Assembly (NCBI RefSeq): GCF_009834535.1
Contig: NC_045696.1
Location: 110,982,001-111,046,000, forward strand
Source: Camelus ferus
Taxonomy: Eukaryota
Direction of reading: 5' to 3'
DNA: 64,000 nt
The notes beneath the pieces were generated by a model. It was not told the DNA's origin, ran no database searches, and saw nothing but the letters and a program-made list of their open reading frames with translations. The position numbers and the translations under genes are program-made. How positions within the stretch are numbered: the first letter of the stretch is position 1; each line of letters opens with the position of its first letter. This document shows, piece by piece, positions 1-13,587 of this stretch.

Positions 1-174
1 GCAACACTTCCTTCATTAAGGGAGGGAAAGACAGAGGTAATACTACAGTTCTGGAGGAAGCAAAATAGAAAGTAATTTAAGCACTATTTTAAAAAAATAA
101 CTAGCATTGATATGTATAGAAATTAACCATTTAGAATTTTGGAAAACACGTTCATATATATCTCTTGCAGATAT

Positions 175-262
175 TAATAATTCCATTTTACAGATGAACA
201 AACAAAGTCACAGGGCATTTTATTAACTTACCCAAAGTCACACTGTGGGTGGTAGTCTTGGA
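175..262 (-). mobile_element. MIR SINE fragment
   Basis: 'ccattttacagatgaacaaacaaagtcacaggg...aacttacccaaagtcacac' matches the reverse complement of the MIR core. Confidence 0.7.
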
Positions 263-278
263 AATCACACTACAGTCC

Positions 279-919
279 CGTTGCCGGTGACTAGGTTCTT
301 TTCCCGTCGCAGAAAGAATTCAGAGATGGGAAGCAGAGGTTAAGAAAGTAAAGTGGGGATTTATTAAGGGATGTTTAGTACACTCTCAAGGGGAGAGTGT
401 GCAGGCTCAGGTGAGCAGCTGCCCTGAGTTTCTTTGGCAAGTTGGTTACATAGAGCGTAAAAATAAATGGGTGGAATATTCATTGGGGAGGGAAGGGTTT
501 GGGGTTGTATTCCTGATTTTTCATCCCAACTCTACCTTCCCAAAGGGAGGAGGGATTTTTGTCCTTATTTAGTCTGGATCAGAAGTGTGGCATCAGTGCA
601 TGATGGGCACTTCTAATCTGCAAGGCTAATTTTATTGAAATGAGGGCATAATGAGCAAAAGGTTACATTTAGACACTGGAGATTCCAGCCTTTTCTCATC
701 TTTCTGTGTTGACCTCCAGGCCACTTGTCACCCCAAAATATGTGACCACTTATCAGCCTAGAAGTTCCTGCTCTTCTTTCTCTGCCCAAGGACCTCTGTT
801 TCTTACATAATGTAAGGTGTCTTGCATTTGGCCCGTGCCCCTCTTTTCTGCCCAATTCCTGCCATTTGGTCTGTGTCCCCCTTTCTCTGCTTATATCTAG
901 CTATCTGCCTGCTCTAAGA
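279..919 (-). mobile_element. ERV1-type solo LTR, lineage-specific
   Basis: Degenerate termini (cgttg...ctaaga, approximating TGTT...AACA). Minus-strand AATAAA ('tttatt' ~360). The 873-919 end matches the mini-LTR at 34395. No clean TSD. Confidence 0.75.
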
Positions 920-1611
920 ATACCACCCTGAGCATGATCCAGGTCACCTCTCTTCTCTTCTCTTGAACTTTACTGACTCAATGTTTTTAACCTGGTGTCA
1001 GTAAAGACTTAGTACTTATGCTTATATGTGCTTTTTTGGAAGGGGATCTTTAGCTTCCCTCATATTCTCAATGAGATCTGTGACTCAAATAAAGAGCTCT
1101 TGTCCAAGCTGCTGCTGCTACTAGTGCCTTACTCTTTAATTACACTTCTGATGACAAGGTGCTTTCACCGTTCCACTCCCTCTACCTTGCAACAGCCTAA
1201 GCTTCCTTAATAAATGCAACGATTATCAGCAGGCTTTCTGTTTTTCTTCAGAATAAAAGAGTTGGGACAAATCCTTTAGTCCTCTTCATATGCATACTGA
1301 ATTCTCTTTTTCCCTATGCTTGAATGTCACTCAAGCCTCAATTTTAATTCAAGACTAATATTGGACAGCAACAAACTTTTCCATTTTATCCTCCATTAAT
1401 TCTCTCCAGCTTCCCATCTGCTCAGTGAAAATGGGAGTAACTAGTCTCATTTACTAAACTTTCCTTCTCTCTCACCTTTCACACATTATAAATCCCATTT
1501 TAAATGCTGTGCCTTAGCTCTTTTGCCAGTTGAAATCCCACCAGTATCCTGAAGCATGACTCAAATGCTCTTTCCTCAGTAAGCCCTTTTGTCCTAATTT
1601 CAAATGGTATT

Positions 1612-1720
1612 TATAATGATAACTAACATTTATCGAGGGCTTGCTATGTACCAGGTATGATGGAAGTTGTTGGTAAATATTTAAGCCAAAACTTTTCAAG
1701 GTTTAGAAAGGTTAAGTAAT
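1612..1720 (-). mobile_element. MIR fragment
   Basis: 'ataactaacatttatcgagggcttgctatgtaccagg' resembles the MIR 3' end in reverse. Confidence 0.6.
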
Positions 1721-2075
1721 GTCAGCTTCTGTAACAAACAACACAAATAAAAAATAATCTCAGTAGCTTAACAGAATTGGAGCTTGTTTCTTATGTGCGT
1801 CAAGTCTGAATAAGTGTTCTCGATAAGCAGGAAGACTGGGGATTTAGGAACTTGGCTTTTTCCACCTGTGGCTTTGCCGTCTTCAGCAAGGAGGTTCCAA
1901 GCTTGCTGGCTTGAAAATAAAGAATAAATGGTAACTGGGAAGCTTGTATGGGCCAGTCCTAGAAAGGAACATATCACTTCCACTCACATCCCATTCTCTA
2001 AAACTTAGTCATATGTCTGCGAAACATAAACTAGCTCCTGATCAGGAGGAAGAGGAAATAACATGCAATGTTTCC
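1721..2075 (-). mobile_element. ERVL-MaLR LTR (MLT1J/K/L-like)
   Basis: 'ctgtaacaaacaac...atctcagtagcttaac' and 'atcacttccactcacatcccatt...acttagtcatatg' are typical MLT1 motifs. Confidence 0.7.
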
Positions 2076-2139
2076 TTTGACAAGCCTTCACCTGTGGCCT
2101 TGTCCCTTGTCATTTCCTAGACAACAAAAAGATATGTCA

Positions 2140-2300
2140 GACACACTTGTCAGAATGGCTATCATCAAAAAGTCTACAAATAACAAATGGTGGCAAAAAT
2201 GTGGAGAAAGGGAACCCTCACGCACTATTGGTGGCACCGTAAACTGGTGTAACTTCTTTGGAAAACAGTAGGAAAGTTCCTCAAAAAACTAAAGATGTAC
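2140..2300 (+). mobile_element. LINE-1 ORF2 C-terminal fragment
   Basis: Translates to TLVRMAIIKKSTNNKWWQKCGEREP...IGGTVNW, matching the L1 ORF2 C-terminal cysteine-rich region. Confidence 0.85.
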
Positions 2301-3012
2301 TTTACCAACCTTCCTCAGAAAACACTGCTGTTAAAAAAATCAGCACCTGAGTAGTGAATTCACAATATACACAATCTTAACATAGAAATACAGGTATATG
2401 GGATATTCACCCCAAGTTCATTTCTCTTTCACACTTCCAGCTTATTGAGGTAGTGGAAATTTATATTTTGGTCAATTTGGATTTACTAAGACTTGTTTAA
2501 GTCCCCAGACTTACCTAGTGGCAAGAACTAAGAATGTGTGTGTGTGTGGGTGGGGGGCATTATATTTCATCCCTGATGCCATCGCTTCTTAGTATCCACT
2601 GGGATGGTCACCATTCCATGTTGTTTGTGGTCACCGCTCTGGGCAGCCTGCTGTTAGCTGTCCTTTCTCTCTGCATGATTCCATCAACCAGAGAACCAGT
2701 TACCACCTCTATGTCATGATGAGGTGCCTGGGACTCACTCTGGGGCTCTGCTGCTCTACTGAGGCACAGGACACTCTGATGTGTGCCAGGATTATGCTCC
2801 TGAGTCAGAGACTGGGGTTACATCTTTTCTACAGTTATTCCTACCTTCTTCCTATTCCCTTTCCTAGGCTCTCCCTAAGAAATGGGCTGAGATACCCTCA
2901 ATGCTGGATCTCAATAAGTAATTTTACTTTTTACTACTTCTCTATTTAAAATTTTTATGGTGTCCTTGAGGTCATATTTCCTGAACAGAATACTTTGGTT
3001 TTAAAAGTTAAT

Positions 3013-4521
3013 GTTCACAGTCATTTGATATTTACCAAAGATGTCAAAGCTATCCAATGTGGAATAGAAATGATACTGAAATCAGTGAATCTCTATATGG
3101 GAAAATAATTGATGTCAACTCCTATCTCACACCAAATACAAGGTTAAATAGAGATAGATCACATACCTAAACATAAAGGCTAAAATCAGAAAGCTTTTGT
3201 AAGAAAACACTAGAGTGTCTTCTGGGGGTAGACAAAGGTTTCTTAGGACACAGAAAACAATAGTGATAAAATAAAAATTGGTAAGTAAGACTTCTTCAAA
3301 ATTAAAATCTGCTCATCAAGTAATACTGTTAAGACAACAAGCAGGCAAGCCACAGTTTGGGAGGAAATATTTGCAAAGATATATCTGACAAAAGAATAGT
3401 ATCTAAACTATATAAGGTACTCCTATAACGTACTAAAAAGATTAACAATCCAATAGAAAAATAGGCAAAATATTTGAAGAGACACTTCACAAAAGAAAAT
3501 TTTCCATATCATTAGTCATAAAAGAAATGCAACTCAAGACCACAAGGAGCTTCTACTATACCGCTACCCAAAGGGCTTAATGAAAAGATTGATAACAAAT
3601 GTTGATAAGGCTGTAGAACAGAAACAAAAATTACTCAAACATTTTCGGTGAAAATGTAAAATGGTATAACCATTTTGGGAAAAGATCTGGAAGTTTATTA
3701 TAGAATGAAGTATGCAATGTCCCTATGGCCCAGAAACTCCATTCCTTTACATTTTCCCAGAACAATAAAAACATGTCATAAAAACACTTGTATAACAATA
3801 TTCGTATTAGCTTTATTTATAATAGTCCATACCTGGAAACAGTCCACGAATCCAAAAATTAAATGCATTGACAAACTGTGGTTTATCTGTATAATGGGAT
3901 ACTATTCAGCAATAAACAGTATCAACCTACTGATACACATCATTGTAGATGAGCCTCCAAATCAATTTGCGGAGTGAAAGACGTCTTTTGCAAATGAATA
4001 CGTACCAAATGATTCAATTTACTTAAAGCTCTAGAAAGGTAAAAGGAAACTATGGGTGGAAAAATTCAGAGCAATGGTTGACACTTGGGGTGGGGGTGGG
4101 GATTGCCTGGGAAGGAGCCTGACGGATATTTTGGTGATGGAGACGTTTGAGTCTTGATAGGTTTGGGTAGCACATGTATGCTTTTGTCCAAACTCACCAA
4201 ATGAGAACACTTAAAATCTGTGCATTTCATTGCATATGAATTTTATTTCAAAAGAAAAAAATTGTTAACCAATTTTGAACTGTAGTTAACTGTATATGTG
4301 CAGAGTATTTGGGGGAAATATATCAATGTCTGCAACCTTGAAATGTATCAAAAATAAGACGGGCTTTGATTGATAGAGAGATGGACATTAGGAAAGATAT
4401 GTGATAAATCAAGCATGATAAATCATAACTGCAGATTCTATATTGTAGGCTTGTGGGTATGCACTGTGACAAATTTTTCAACTTTTCTGTATGCTTGAAA
4501 ATTCATAATAAAATGAGAGTT
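3013..4521 (+). mobile_element. Old LINE-1 (L1MC/MD-like), degenerate ORF2 3' part plus 3'UTR
   Basis: 'aaatatttgcaaa...atatctgacaaa', 'gacacttcacaaaagaa', 'acaaactgtggtttatc...aatgggatactattcagcaataaa'; ends in 'cataataaaatg'. Confidence 0.85.
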
Positions 4522-6027
4522 GAAAAGTTAGCGCTAAATTTATGAAAGTTATAGATTCAAATACCTAGTCATTCCTTCACATTTCAAGTTCAGTTTTAAA
4601 ATCCTATTTTTATTGATAAATCTAGCCGATTTCAATAAGCCATTTTAAAAGAAACTTAGATTACTGTTTTAGACAGGATAGATTCAGTTACTGCTGCAGG
4701 TGCAGACAAACCCACAATGTCAAGTGCTTAACTGCAGCAAGGTGTGTTTCTCACTCTGGTCATAGCCCTGACGCAGGTAAGGGGGTTTTCCTGGGCGCAT
4801 CTCCCGAGGTGGCTCAAGTTGCTGGGCGGCTTTCTTTGTGCAACTTTTCCATCTTGGAGTACTCTGCTTACACTCACTGCTGCTCTTAACCATCTTCGAC
4901 CAAAGAGACACAATTCCATAGACAAGAGCTCAATTACAAGATCTCAGTCTATTAGTAGGACTGGGAAATAGGATTTTCCTGAGTTTGCAGGAAGGAGAAA
5001 CAGTGTGGTAAACAAAAACCTTATTTCGCTTCAATTATTATTTGGCCCTATTTACAAATTTTGTTAATTAAACTCATTTAAGTATTTTAAATTTCATCTA
5101 TAAGTTTAATGTATTACTTTACGTACCTCAATTAAGCATTTAAGTGTTTCTTATTAATCCAATAATTTTAATGTATACTCAGTAAATTTTAAGTTCTACT
5201 TAGTAGTTCTAATACTATTTACAATAACTTAGTAAGATTTAAATTTAAAATTATAAGGCTATATAAACAACATTTTAAGAGCAGTTTTCTCGTAAGAATG
5301 TAAAAGGGTTGACGTAGAGAATAAAGAAGAGGATAAGAATTGTGAGAATGTTAACTGTTTGTTAATGCTTTTAATTTCTTTTGAAGTTTTTAAGGTATGG
5401 TTTAATGAGTGAAAAAGAATCAAATGTATGAACCAATAAGTCAACTGCACATTACCTTCTAATTAGAATTACAAGTCTAACCTATTACTCTAACAAACTC
5501 TCCTGATAATTATAAAGACTCAAACATATCAAATATGCACACATTTAGAACAAAATATAAGTATTATGGCTCAGAGTCTCTTAAACATTTCTATACCCAA
5601 TTCCAAGTCTTCCCTCTGTTGAAAGATGATAACAACTAATAAACAATTACGTTAAACTGAAATATTTAGGGTGGCTTTTCCAAATAATTCTTGAGGTTAC
5701 ATTCTCAGCTGGTTGTGGTTTTCAGGACCCAAGAAGTTTCTGTCTGACAGGCTGAAGGGACCTGGCCGCTCATACCACTGGCCTGGGCCGTGCCCCACGT
5801 GTCCCTTCTGCCTTCATCTCAGAGCTCAGCCCACATCTGCATCAGCTTCCGCATCCTGCGTTTCTTACGTCTTCACGTGGAGGTTTCCACATTACTTGAT
5901 TAGATTTCCCTAATCTGTTTATTTCTTCTCTTGTCAATTCCACTCATGTTCTTCTTATGTGTTACAGCCACAACTTACAGGTATTTAAATGATACTCAAG
6001 TTAGCCATTCATGTGGCCTCAAGGTCA

Positions 6028-6292
6028 GGCAGCATAATGAGCTGGTTGTGACCATGAACCCTGGATTCGGAGTGACCAGATTCCAATCCTTGTTGACCAA
6101 TTTACTTGCGGTGTGACCTCCACCAAGATGCTGCACTGATCTGTGTCTCAGTATTCTTGTGTGTGAGACAGGGATAATAGTAGCTCCCACCTCACAGGTT
6201 TGTGATGAGGCTTAGATCAGCTGATAAATGCAGAGCACTCACAACAGTGTCTGACACATGTTAAGTGCCTTCATATATGTGCTATTGTTATT
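6028..6292 (+). mobile_element. MIR, near full length
   Basis: About 260 bp with 'tgtgacct...tctgtgtctcagt...gggataatagtagctcccacctcacaggtttgtgatgagg...acagtgtctgacacatgttaagtgc'. Confidence 0.85.
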
Positions 6293-6599
6293 GCCATGAC
6301 TTCTTGATTAACATTACTATACTTGTATGACCGGGGTTCCAAGTCTGAGGTCATGACACTGAGGCCCACGGGGTACTGTTCATAACTCCACTTTGGGGGG
6401 ATCCATCAATGTTTACCCTCTCATTGCATCTCCCCATTATTTTCTCTCCCTGGGAATCTTTTCCTTGTTTGGGGATCAGAGGGTGGGAAGGAGAAAGGAT
6501 TGTCCCTTGGGATGTTTTTGCCCCAGTCTTTCTGTGGACCCTGAGTCCTTTTCCCCAAGGATCCCATTTGCAGTTTTTGTGTGCCCTTCACAAGACTGA

Positions 6600-6895
6600 G
6601 CGTGCTTTGCTTGCAACACCCTAGCTCTCTCTGCGCAGCCTGCAGCCCGGGAGTTTATCTGCAGGGACAGGTGGCAGCAGGAATGCCCTGCTCCCATGCC
6701 TCGGGATGACACTAAGGACCCACACCCCCGAGCTCCCCGCAGGGTCAGGCAGTCCATTCAGGATGGCCCTTCTGTTGCTTCTTTAACTTCCTCCGCCCTT
6801 TACTGCTCCTCCTGGGTATATTTCTTTCATAAATCCCTTGCACAGGAATCTTTGTCTCAGCCAAAAGCCCTGCTCATTCAGGACTTCGGAAAAAA
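6600..6895 (+). mobile_element. ERVL LTR fragment (LTR16-like)
   Basis: 3' motif 'ataaatcccttgcacaggaatctttgtctcagcc'. Confidence 0.45.
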
Positions 6896-6929
6896 CACAG
6901 AGGACTACAGTACTTTTCTCTTGCAACTC

Positions 6930-7048
6930 TGAGTTTCTGACTCAGCAGGTCTGAATCAGAATCCTTGGGGCCCACTATTTTGCATTTCTAGTGAGTCCCA
7001 GGTGATGCTTCCGCTGCCAATCCAGGGGTCGGACTTTGAGAACCCCTG
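6930..7048. mobile_element. MER5A (hAT-Charlie) fragment
   Basis: 'ttctgactcagcaggtctg...ttgcatttcta...cccaggtgatgct...actttgagaacccctg'. Confidence 0.75.
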
Positions 7049-8266
7049 CTGTGAATGATGCCGGAGGTCCCGTGTTCCCATACAGACATTTGCACAGTAA
7101 CAGAAAACTAAGCCTCACAACCAAATAGGGAAGATTTGTGAAGTTAATGGGGCTGTATTGGGGTGAGGGTGAGTGGGTGGTGAAGATGGAAGGTTTCTGG
7201 GCATCCCTCAGATGACTCCAAGAGGAGTAAAATTTAAACTTATTTCTGTGCTTTGATTTGGATACATGCTCACTTATTTTCACCCACTTATATTGTCCTG
7301 AGGATAAAATCCCTTAGCCGTAGGAAACCATTTACCCGCACAAGTGCCTTGCCCTGTTCCTGCCTCATACTTCACACGTCATAGGTGCCTAGTAGGTACC
7401 ACTTCCCATTCCTTCTCCGCCTCACTGTCCCCTCAAGTCAAGCCCATCTGTTTGATTTCCTTGGTATGTTTTCTCGCTGCAGAAAGCCCCAGACGTGGTA
7501 GGGAGGATGAGGCAATGATGAGCTCTCACTTCCACACGGGGGAGTGTTCTGTGGTATGTTATTGCCGTCCAAACTTTCTGGACTGTTATCACATTAGGTA
7601 TATGTGGAAGCACATTAGAGATGCAAATGTGCCCATAAAATAGCCTAATTTTTATTATCAGGAGCATCTGTTCAGGATCTCATGGTCCTTTTGGAACAAA
7701 CGTTTATTTTTCCCAGGCAGCAAGCTGAGACAGGGACCTGCTGCTCTGATAGAGGTCTGTGGGGAGACGGTGGTGGAGGGCTCCGGGCTGCGCATCCCTC
7801 ACCTGCTGCTCTGGAAATTGGTCTGATGTCTCAGTCTTTGAAAGTAACAGGGCATGGATTATGTGATTCAGTTGAAGTTTTACTTTCCTTTTTTTCAGAA
7901 AACAAAACGTACACTTGTTTAATTTAAATCGTTTTAGGAAGCCTTAGGAAGTACCTGTTGAAAGAGGAAGTGAACGATTTGAAAGATGTGGCTTATATGC
8001 TTAGGAATAATATTTCACACTTATTATCAGGGAAATAGAGGTGGTGGTTATTTTATTTTTATTTTTTTAAACTATAATTGAATGTGTTTTCTGGTTATAA
8101 GACTTGCATTCTATTTATAAAAATTGAGAAAATCTTGAAATACATGATGAATCGCATTAAAATTTTCCATAATTTCTGGGAGAACCACTGTTAACTTTTG
8201 GCCAAATATATCCCTTTTCTCTTTTTAATATAAACTACACATATATTATTTTACAAAATTAGGACA

Positions 8267-8772
8267 TGTATTAGCTTTCTATTGCAGATGCAGCAGATTG
8301 TCACAAACTTAGTGGTTTAACACAGATTTATCATTTTACATTTTGCAGTTCAGACGTCTGCCATAGGTCTCCCTGGGCTAAAAATCAAAGTTTCCATGGG
8401 GCTCTGTTCCTCCTGGAGGTTCTAGGTGAGAATCCATTTATTTGCCTTTTCACCTTCCAGATGTTGCCTGCATTCTGTGGCTCCTGCTTCCTGTCCTGAA
8501 TCTTCAAAGGCAGTAACGTCACATCTGTCTGACCTTTCTTCCGTAGTCACGTGTCCTTTTGATGAAAACCAGGAAAGGGCCTTTGCTTTTAAGGACTCAC
8601 GTGACTAGATCCGGCCCATCTGGGTAAAACAGTATACTTTCTTTACCTCCAAGTCCTTAACAATCACGTCTGCAAAGCCCTTATTTGCATGCAGTCTAAC
8701 ATAGTCACAGGTACTGGGGGTAAGAGCGTGGACATCTTTGGGTGGAGAAGGGGCATTATGCTTCCTACCACA
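8267..8772 (-). mobile_element. MLT1C/D-like MaLR solo LTR, full length
   Basis: Termini 'tgtattag...ctaccaca'; internal 'acaaacttagtggtttaa', 'ggaggttctaggtgagaatcc', 'tctgcaaagccctt', 'ggacatctttggg'. Confidence 0.85.
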
Positions 8773-9284
8773 GGGTAATAGTATACATTGCACTTTGTAG
8801 GAAACCATCTGGACCTGAAAGTTTTAATTTTTGGTTTCAGTTTTTTTTTTTTTTTTAGTGGAACAGATCGCATGAAATGTGTTCATTTAATCATAGCCTT
8901 TAAATTGGTTGGTGTACAAAGTATCCTCTGTCATTTTTTCTTCTCTCTCCTTCTTTCTTCTTCTTCTTCTTTTGGTCAACTTTTTTTTTTTTTTTTTTTT
9001 TTGCCTAGCAAATGCGCTAATATTAGGAAAGAAAACTTCAAACCGACCATGTCGTCACATAATTGACCTCATTCCAGAAGTGGGAAATGACCATGTTAGA
9101 CAATGAGAATGCTTGGTGTCGAGCATACTCAAAGTTCACATAATACTAAAACCTCTGTTATGAGAAATACTTCAACTGCAACACTTGTTTCTACAATAAT
9201 TCTTCCTCTGATTCTGTGGCTGATCACCTCCAAATATGTACTCACCCATTCGAACTCATTCAATTTTTTTTTATCTTAATTTTT

Positions 9285-10740
9285 AAACCTTGGTTAAAAT
9301 TTACACAGAAAAATGGACATTTATAGAACAACAGCCACAGTCAAGATACAGAACAGCCACCTGTCCTGTAAATTCCCTTACAGTCATTACTATCAACTCC
9401 CAGCCCCACCCCAGACTTTGCCAACAACTGATACGTTTTCTATTCCCATAATATTGCCTTTTCCAGAGTTCTATTCAAATGAAATCATGTAACACATAGG
9501 TTTAAAGTATTTGGCTTCTATTAGTTGGAATAATGCATCTGAGATTTGCCGGTGTTGTCACACCCACCAGTACTTTTTTCTACTGCTGACTGGTAAGCTG
9601 TCGGATGGATGCACCACAATTGGCTTATCCATTCACAAGTCTGAGTTGTTTTTAAAGTATTGAGCAAGCCTTGCATTCATGAGATAAACATTTGGCCATG
9701 GTATATTATATTTTGTATATGCAGCTGGATTTAATTTGATAACATTTGTAGGTTTTTCTTTTATTTTTCCTTGGAATTACTTTGTCTGGATTTGGTATCA
9801 AGATGATCCTGGAATCATAAAACAACTTGGAAAACAAGCATTTCTACTTTCAGAGAAGCTAGTATTATTTTTACAGTATATGGTAGAATTTTCAAAAGGG
9901 CCTGGAATTTTCTTTGTAGAATGGTTTTTATTATGAATTCAATTAAAATATACTTAAGGTTGTTCAGTTTATCTATTTCACTGTAGTTTCAAATTGATAA
10001 GCATAAAATCTTTTACAATATGCCATTATTACCCTTTCAATGTCTGTAGTGTGAGTAGTAATGTATCCTCTTACATTCTTTCTCTTTTTTATTGTTAAAT
10101 TTGTCTAATATCAAATTTCTTGATCTTTTCGAAGAACCAGCTTTTGTTTTCACTGACTTATTCTATTGATTTTCTGTTTTCCATTTTCTTGTTTCTACTC
10201 TTATTTGCCTTGTTTCTTTCTTCTGTTTGATTTGGGTTTACTTTACTACTAGTTTGATAAAGTAGAAATTTAAATTATTCACTCAATAATCAATTTTAAA
10301 TTTGGTGAACTTTCCTGTATTTTTAGCTACATCCCACAATTTTGTATGTTGTGTTTTCATTTCCTTTCAATTAAAAATACTTTCTAATTTTCCTTGTGAA
10401 TTCTTTTTTAAGTATTGTGTTATTTAGAATCCTTTAACTAATAATTATTTGGAGGATTTTCCTTATATATTCTGTTATCAAGTTCTGCTTTAATTCTGTT
10501 ATGGTTAGAGGGCATACTTTGTCTGACTTTAATTCTTTTAAATTTGTCACAGGCTGTGTTCTGATCCAGAATAATGTCTATCTTGGCTATTGCATCATAT
10601 CCACTTGAAAATAATGCATATCCTTCATTTTTTGGGTGGTGTGTCACATATGTATTAATTACATTAAGTTGGTTGCTAATGTTCAAGACTTCTATTATCT
10701 TTACTGATTTACTGTTATATTGATTGTTGAGAATGTTGAA
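9285..10740 (-). mobile_element. Old LINE-1, internally deleted (3'UTR piece plus ORF2 including endonuclease region)
   Basis: ORF 10438-10686 (TYVTHHPKNEGYALFSSGYDAIAKIDIILDQ...PSNHNRIKAEL) aligns with the L1 EN motif YRTLHP...YTFFS...KIDH...SDHNGIKLEI. Confidence 0.85.
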
Positions 10741-10741
10741 A

Positions 10742-11211
10742 CCATAAGAAAGAATAAAATAATGCCATTTGCAGCAACATGGATGGACTTGGAGATCGTC
10801 ATTCTAAGTGAAGTAAGCCAGAAAGAGAAAGAAAAATACCACATGATATCACTCATATGTGGAATCTAAAAAAAAGAAGGAAAAAAAAAAAAAGAGGACA
10901 CTAATGAACTCATCTACAAAGCAGAAACAGACTAACAATTTTATGGCTACTGGAGGAAAGGGGGTGGGAAGGGATAAATTTGGGAGTTTGAGATTTGCAA
11001 ATGTTAGCCACTATATAAAAAACAGATTAAAAAAAGTTTCTTCTATATAGCACAAGAACTATATTCAATATCTTGTAATAACCTTTAATGACAAAGAATA
11101 TAAAAACAAATGTATGTATGTATATGCATGACTGGGACACTGTGCTGTACACCAGAAATTAACACATTGTAACTGACTACGTCACTAAAAAAGTAATTAT
11201 TAAAAAAAAAG
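10742..11211 (+). mobile_element. Young 5'-truncated LINE-1 3' end (artiodactyl/camelid type)
   Basis: 'atgccatttgcagcaacatggatggacttggag...gtgaagtaagccagaaagagaaag...tagcacaagaactatattcaatatcttg...gctgtacaccagaaatt' followed by an A-rich tail. Confidence 0.9.
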
Positions 11212-12929
11212 AAAGGCTAGAGAAAATTTTATCCCTACCCCATCAGCAAAATTTTAATGAATTTGAGTATGTTGTGTGTCAGAGATTTTTAAAGGAGTCC
11301 TATTTAATTTGGTGGTATAAATTTAAAAATGAAACCAATTACCTGTACCTCGTTTCTCATGCATGCTCATGTGAGTTGGATAAATTTACAGACCAGAATT
11401 GAGTTTCTTGACTTAGTTGGGAATTGTAGTGAATGTGTTGTCAATAATATCTTTTGAACTATGGCCTAACCTGGTGGATGAAGGAGAAGGAAGAGTAGAT
11501 TAGCATCTCAGAGTATCCTCTAAAATGGGTGACTGTAATACCTGTTGAAGCCTCTCCCTGTCATGGTTGAAATATAAATGTATCCTAGGAAAAGCTGAAT
11601 TAAACTTATTCCACTATTTGAGTTAATCTAGAAGTCCAGACTGCGATAGAAATATATGACTGTTCATAGTTTTAATTATGAAGAATTATTGTATATCGAT
11701 AACAAAAATGGTATATATCAGTAGTAACATGGAGAATGGCATGAGTAAAGGTATTCACTAAATATTTGAAAAGATGTGAGATCACCCTAGTGATCAAAGA
11801 GTGGTATATTAAAGTAATGAGATATTATTATTGACCTACAAAATTAGCATAAATTGAAAATGTGCTAATAACCTGGTTTGGTATGGATGTGGGAAACTGG
11901 GTTTTCTAATGTTGGGATTTTTAAGGAGATCCAATAAATAGTGTGTATCCCTGTACCCAAATTCTGAATAAGTTAAAAATAGAAGTCAGACTAAAATGTT
12001 ACATTAGTTTCTGACAAAATTTGAATCGAGGGACGTAATTTAGTTGATGTCCTAATACCTAATCCCAGAACTAACTTGATTTACCCACTTAGACACAAGC
12101 ACCACTTGACCAGAGTGTGTCTCTATGTGTGAATTTCAGCATGGATGACCAAGGGGAGATGTGCACTTTCTTTGAGCAGGTTAACTTCCGCAAGGAAAAA
12201 AGGTAAAGCAATTTCTGAGCATTGCCCACCTGATTCTTCACAAATTTATCGATCAGATGAATTACTCAGTCTCCCCTGGGATAGAATAAGACAGAGAAGT
12301 AAGCCAAAAGTGTTATACTAATTGAGGTCCCTCATCTGGAAGATATTATTTTAGATTTATTTTTGCTCTTTGAAGAATTTTAATATCTTAAAATGCATCA
12401 CAAGTTTTAGATTTATTCAAGGCTTGGTCTTTAATTTTATGTAAAAAGAAAGTTATTTTAAAAAAAAGTTACTTAAAAAAAAGGTTAAAAGGGGAGTTCG
12501 TTTTATAGGAATGCTAAACTAGGTTGCCTTGGAATGCTCCTCATGCTGAGAACAACTAACAATTTTGAAAATAAACCCATTATTTGACAGGTCTCAAAAT
12601 GGTTTTTTATGCTGAATAAGGGTACTGAAAAGTTAAGCTGAGCAGTTTGACAATCTGTCAGGGGTGAAGCTATGAAAATAGAGTTTCAGGACACACCAAG
12701 GAGGAAGGACACCAGAAACATCCAATAGATTACATGGTATTCCAAAGGATTCTATCCTAGGAGTAAGAATGAATCTGAAATAGATGACCCTGGAGAAGGA
12801 TTGATGGCCATCTTTCTCTAGTTGCCAAAAGAAAAAGGAAATCCTCTCATGAGGAACTCAATAGCCATAGTGTCTTATTTTCTCTGTACATTTAAAATAT
12901 CTTCCATAACTCAATAATAATAAAAAAAA

Positions 12930-13580
12930 ACAGTTGCACACAGAAGAGTTGACTAAAAATCAAGAGAAAAATAAAAGAAAAAAAATAACTACAGTGATTC
13001 AAATGATAAAGTTAACAGATGTGGATTTAAAAATAATTATGATCAATATGCTCACAGAATTAAAAGGCATTTCTCAGCATAAAATAATCAAATGGAAACT
13101 GTATAAGTAAAATCTGCAATAATGAACATTGCAAACTCAAGCAGTGAGTTTAATATAAGATTTGTAGCTGACAAGAAAATTTGTTACCTGGAAGATAAGT
13201 CAAAAGAAAATATTGAAGGCAAAAACAAAGAAGTGAAGTGATGGGAAGTCAGAAAACTGTCTATGAGACCCATGGGACACGCAGTTGGAACACCAACAGG
13301 AACGGAGAGAGAGAGGCCAGAAGTCATAATTGAAGAGATAATGGTCAAGATTTTCCCAATGCAAAAAAATAAAAATAAAAGCTTCAGATTAAAGAGAAAC
13401 AATGAACCACAAGCAAAATAAATGAAAGTAAATCATACCTAAAGGCACATCATAGTAAAACTTCTGGGAACAAAGGCAAAGAGAAAATAGTTTTAAAAAG
13501 CTAGAGGAAAAAGACAGACTTTCTCCAAATTAGAAAAATAAGATAGACTTCTGATTTCTGCTGCCTTCTCTACAGAAATA
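12930..13580 (+). mobile_element. Old LINE-1 ORF1-region fragment
   Basis: A-rich degenerate ORF1: 'ctggaagataagtcaaaagaaaatatt', 'ttgaagagataatggtcaagattttccca', 'aggcacatcatagtaaaact'. Confidence 0.7.
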
Positions 13581-13587
13581 AAGATTA

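Noticed and set aside
2125..2305. The short L1 ORF2 piece as a second internally primed insertion
   Set aside because: The flanking similarity (aaagatatgtc / aaagatgtac) is too poor to call a TSD and may be continuing L1 sequence.
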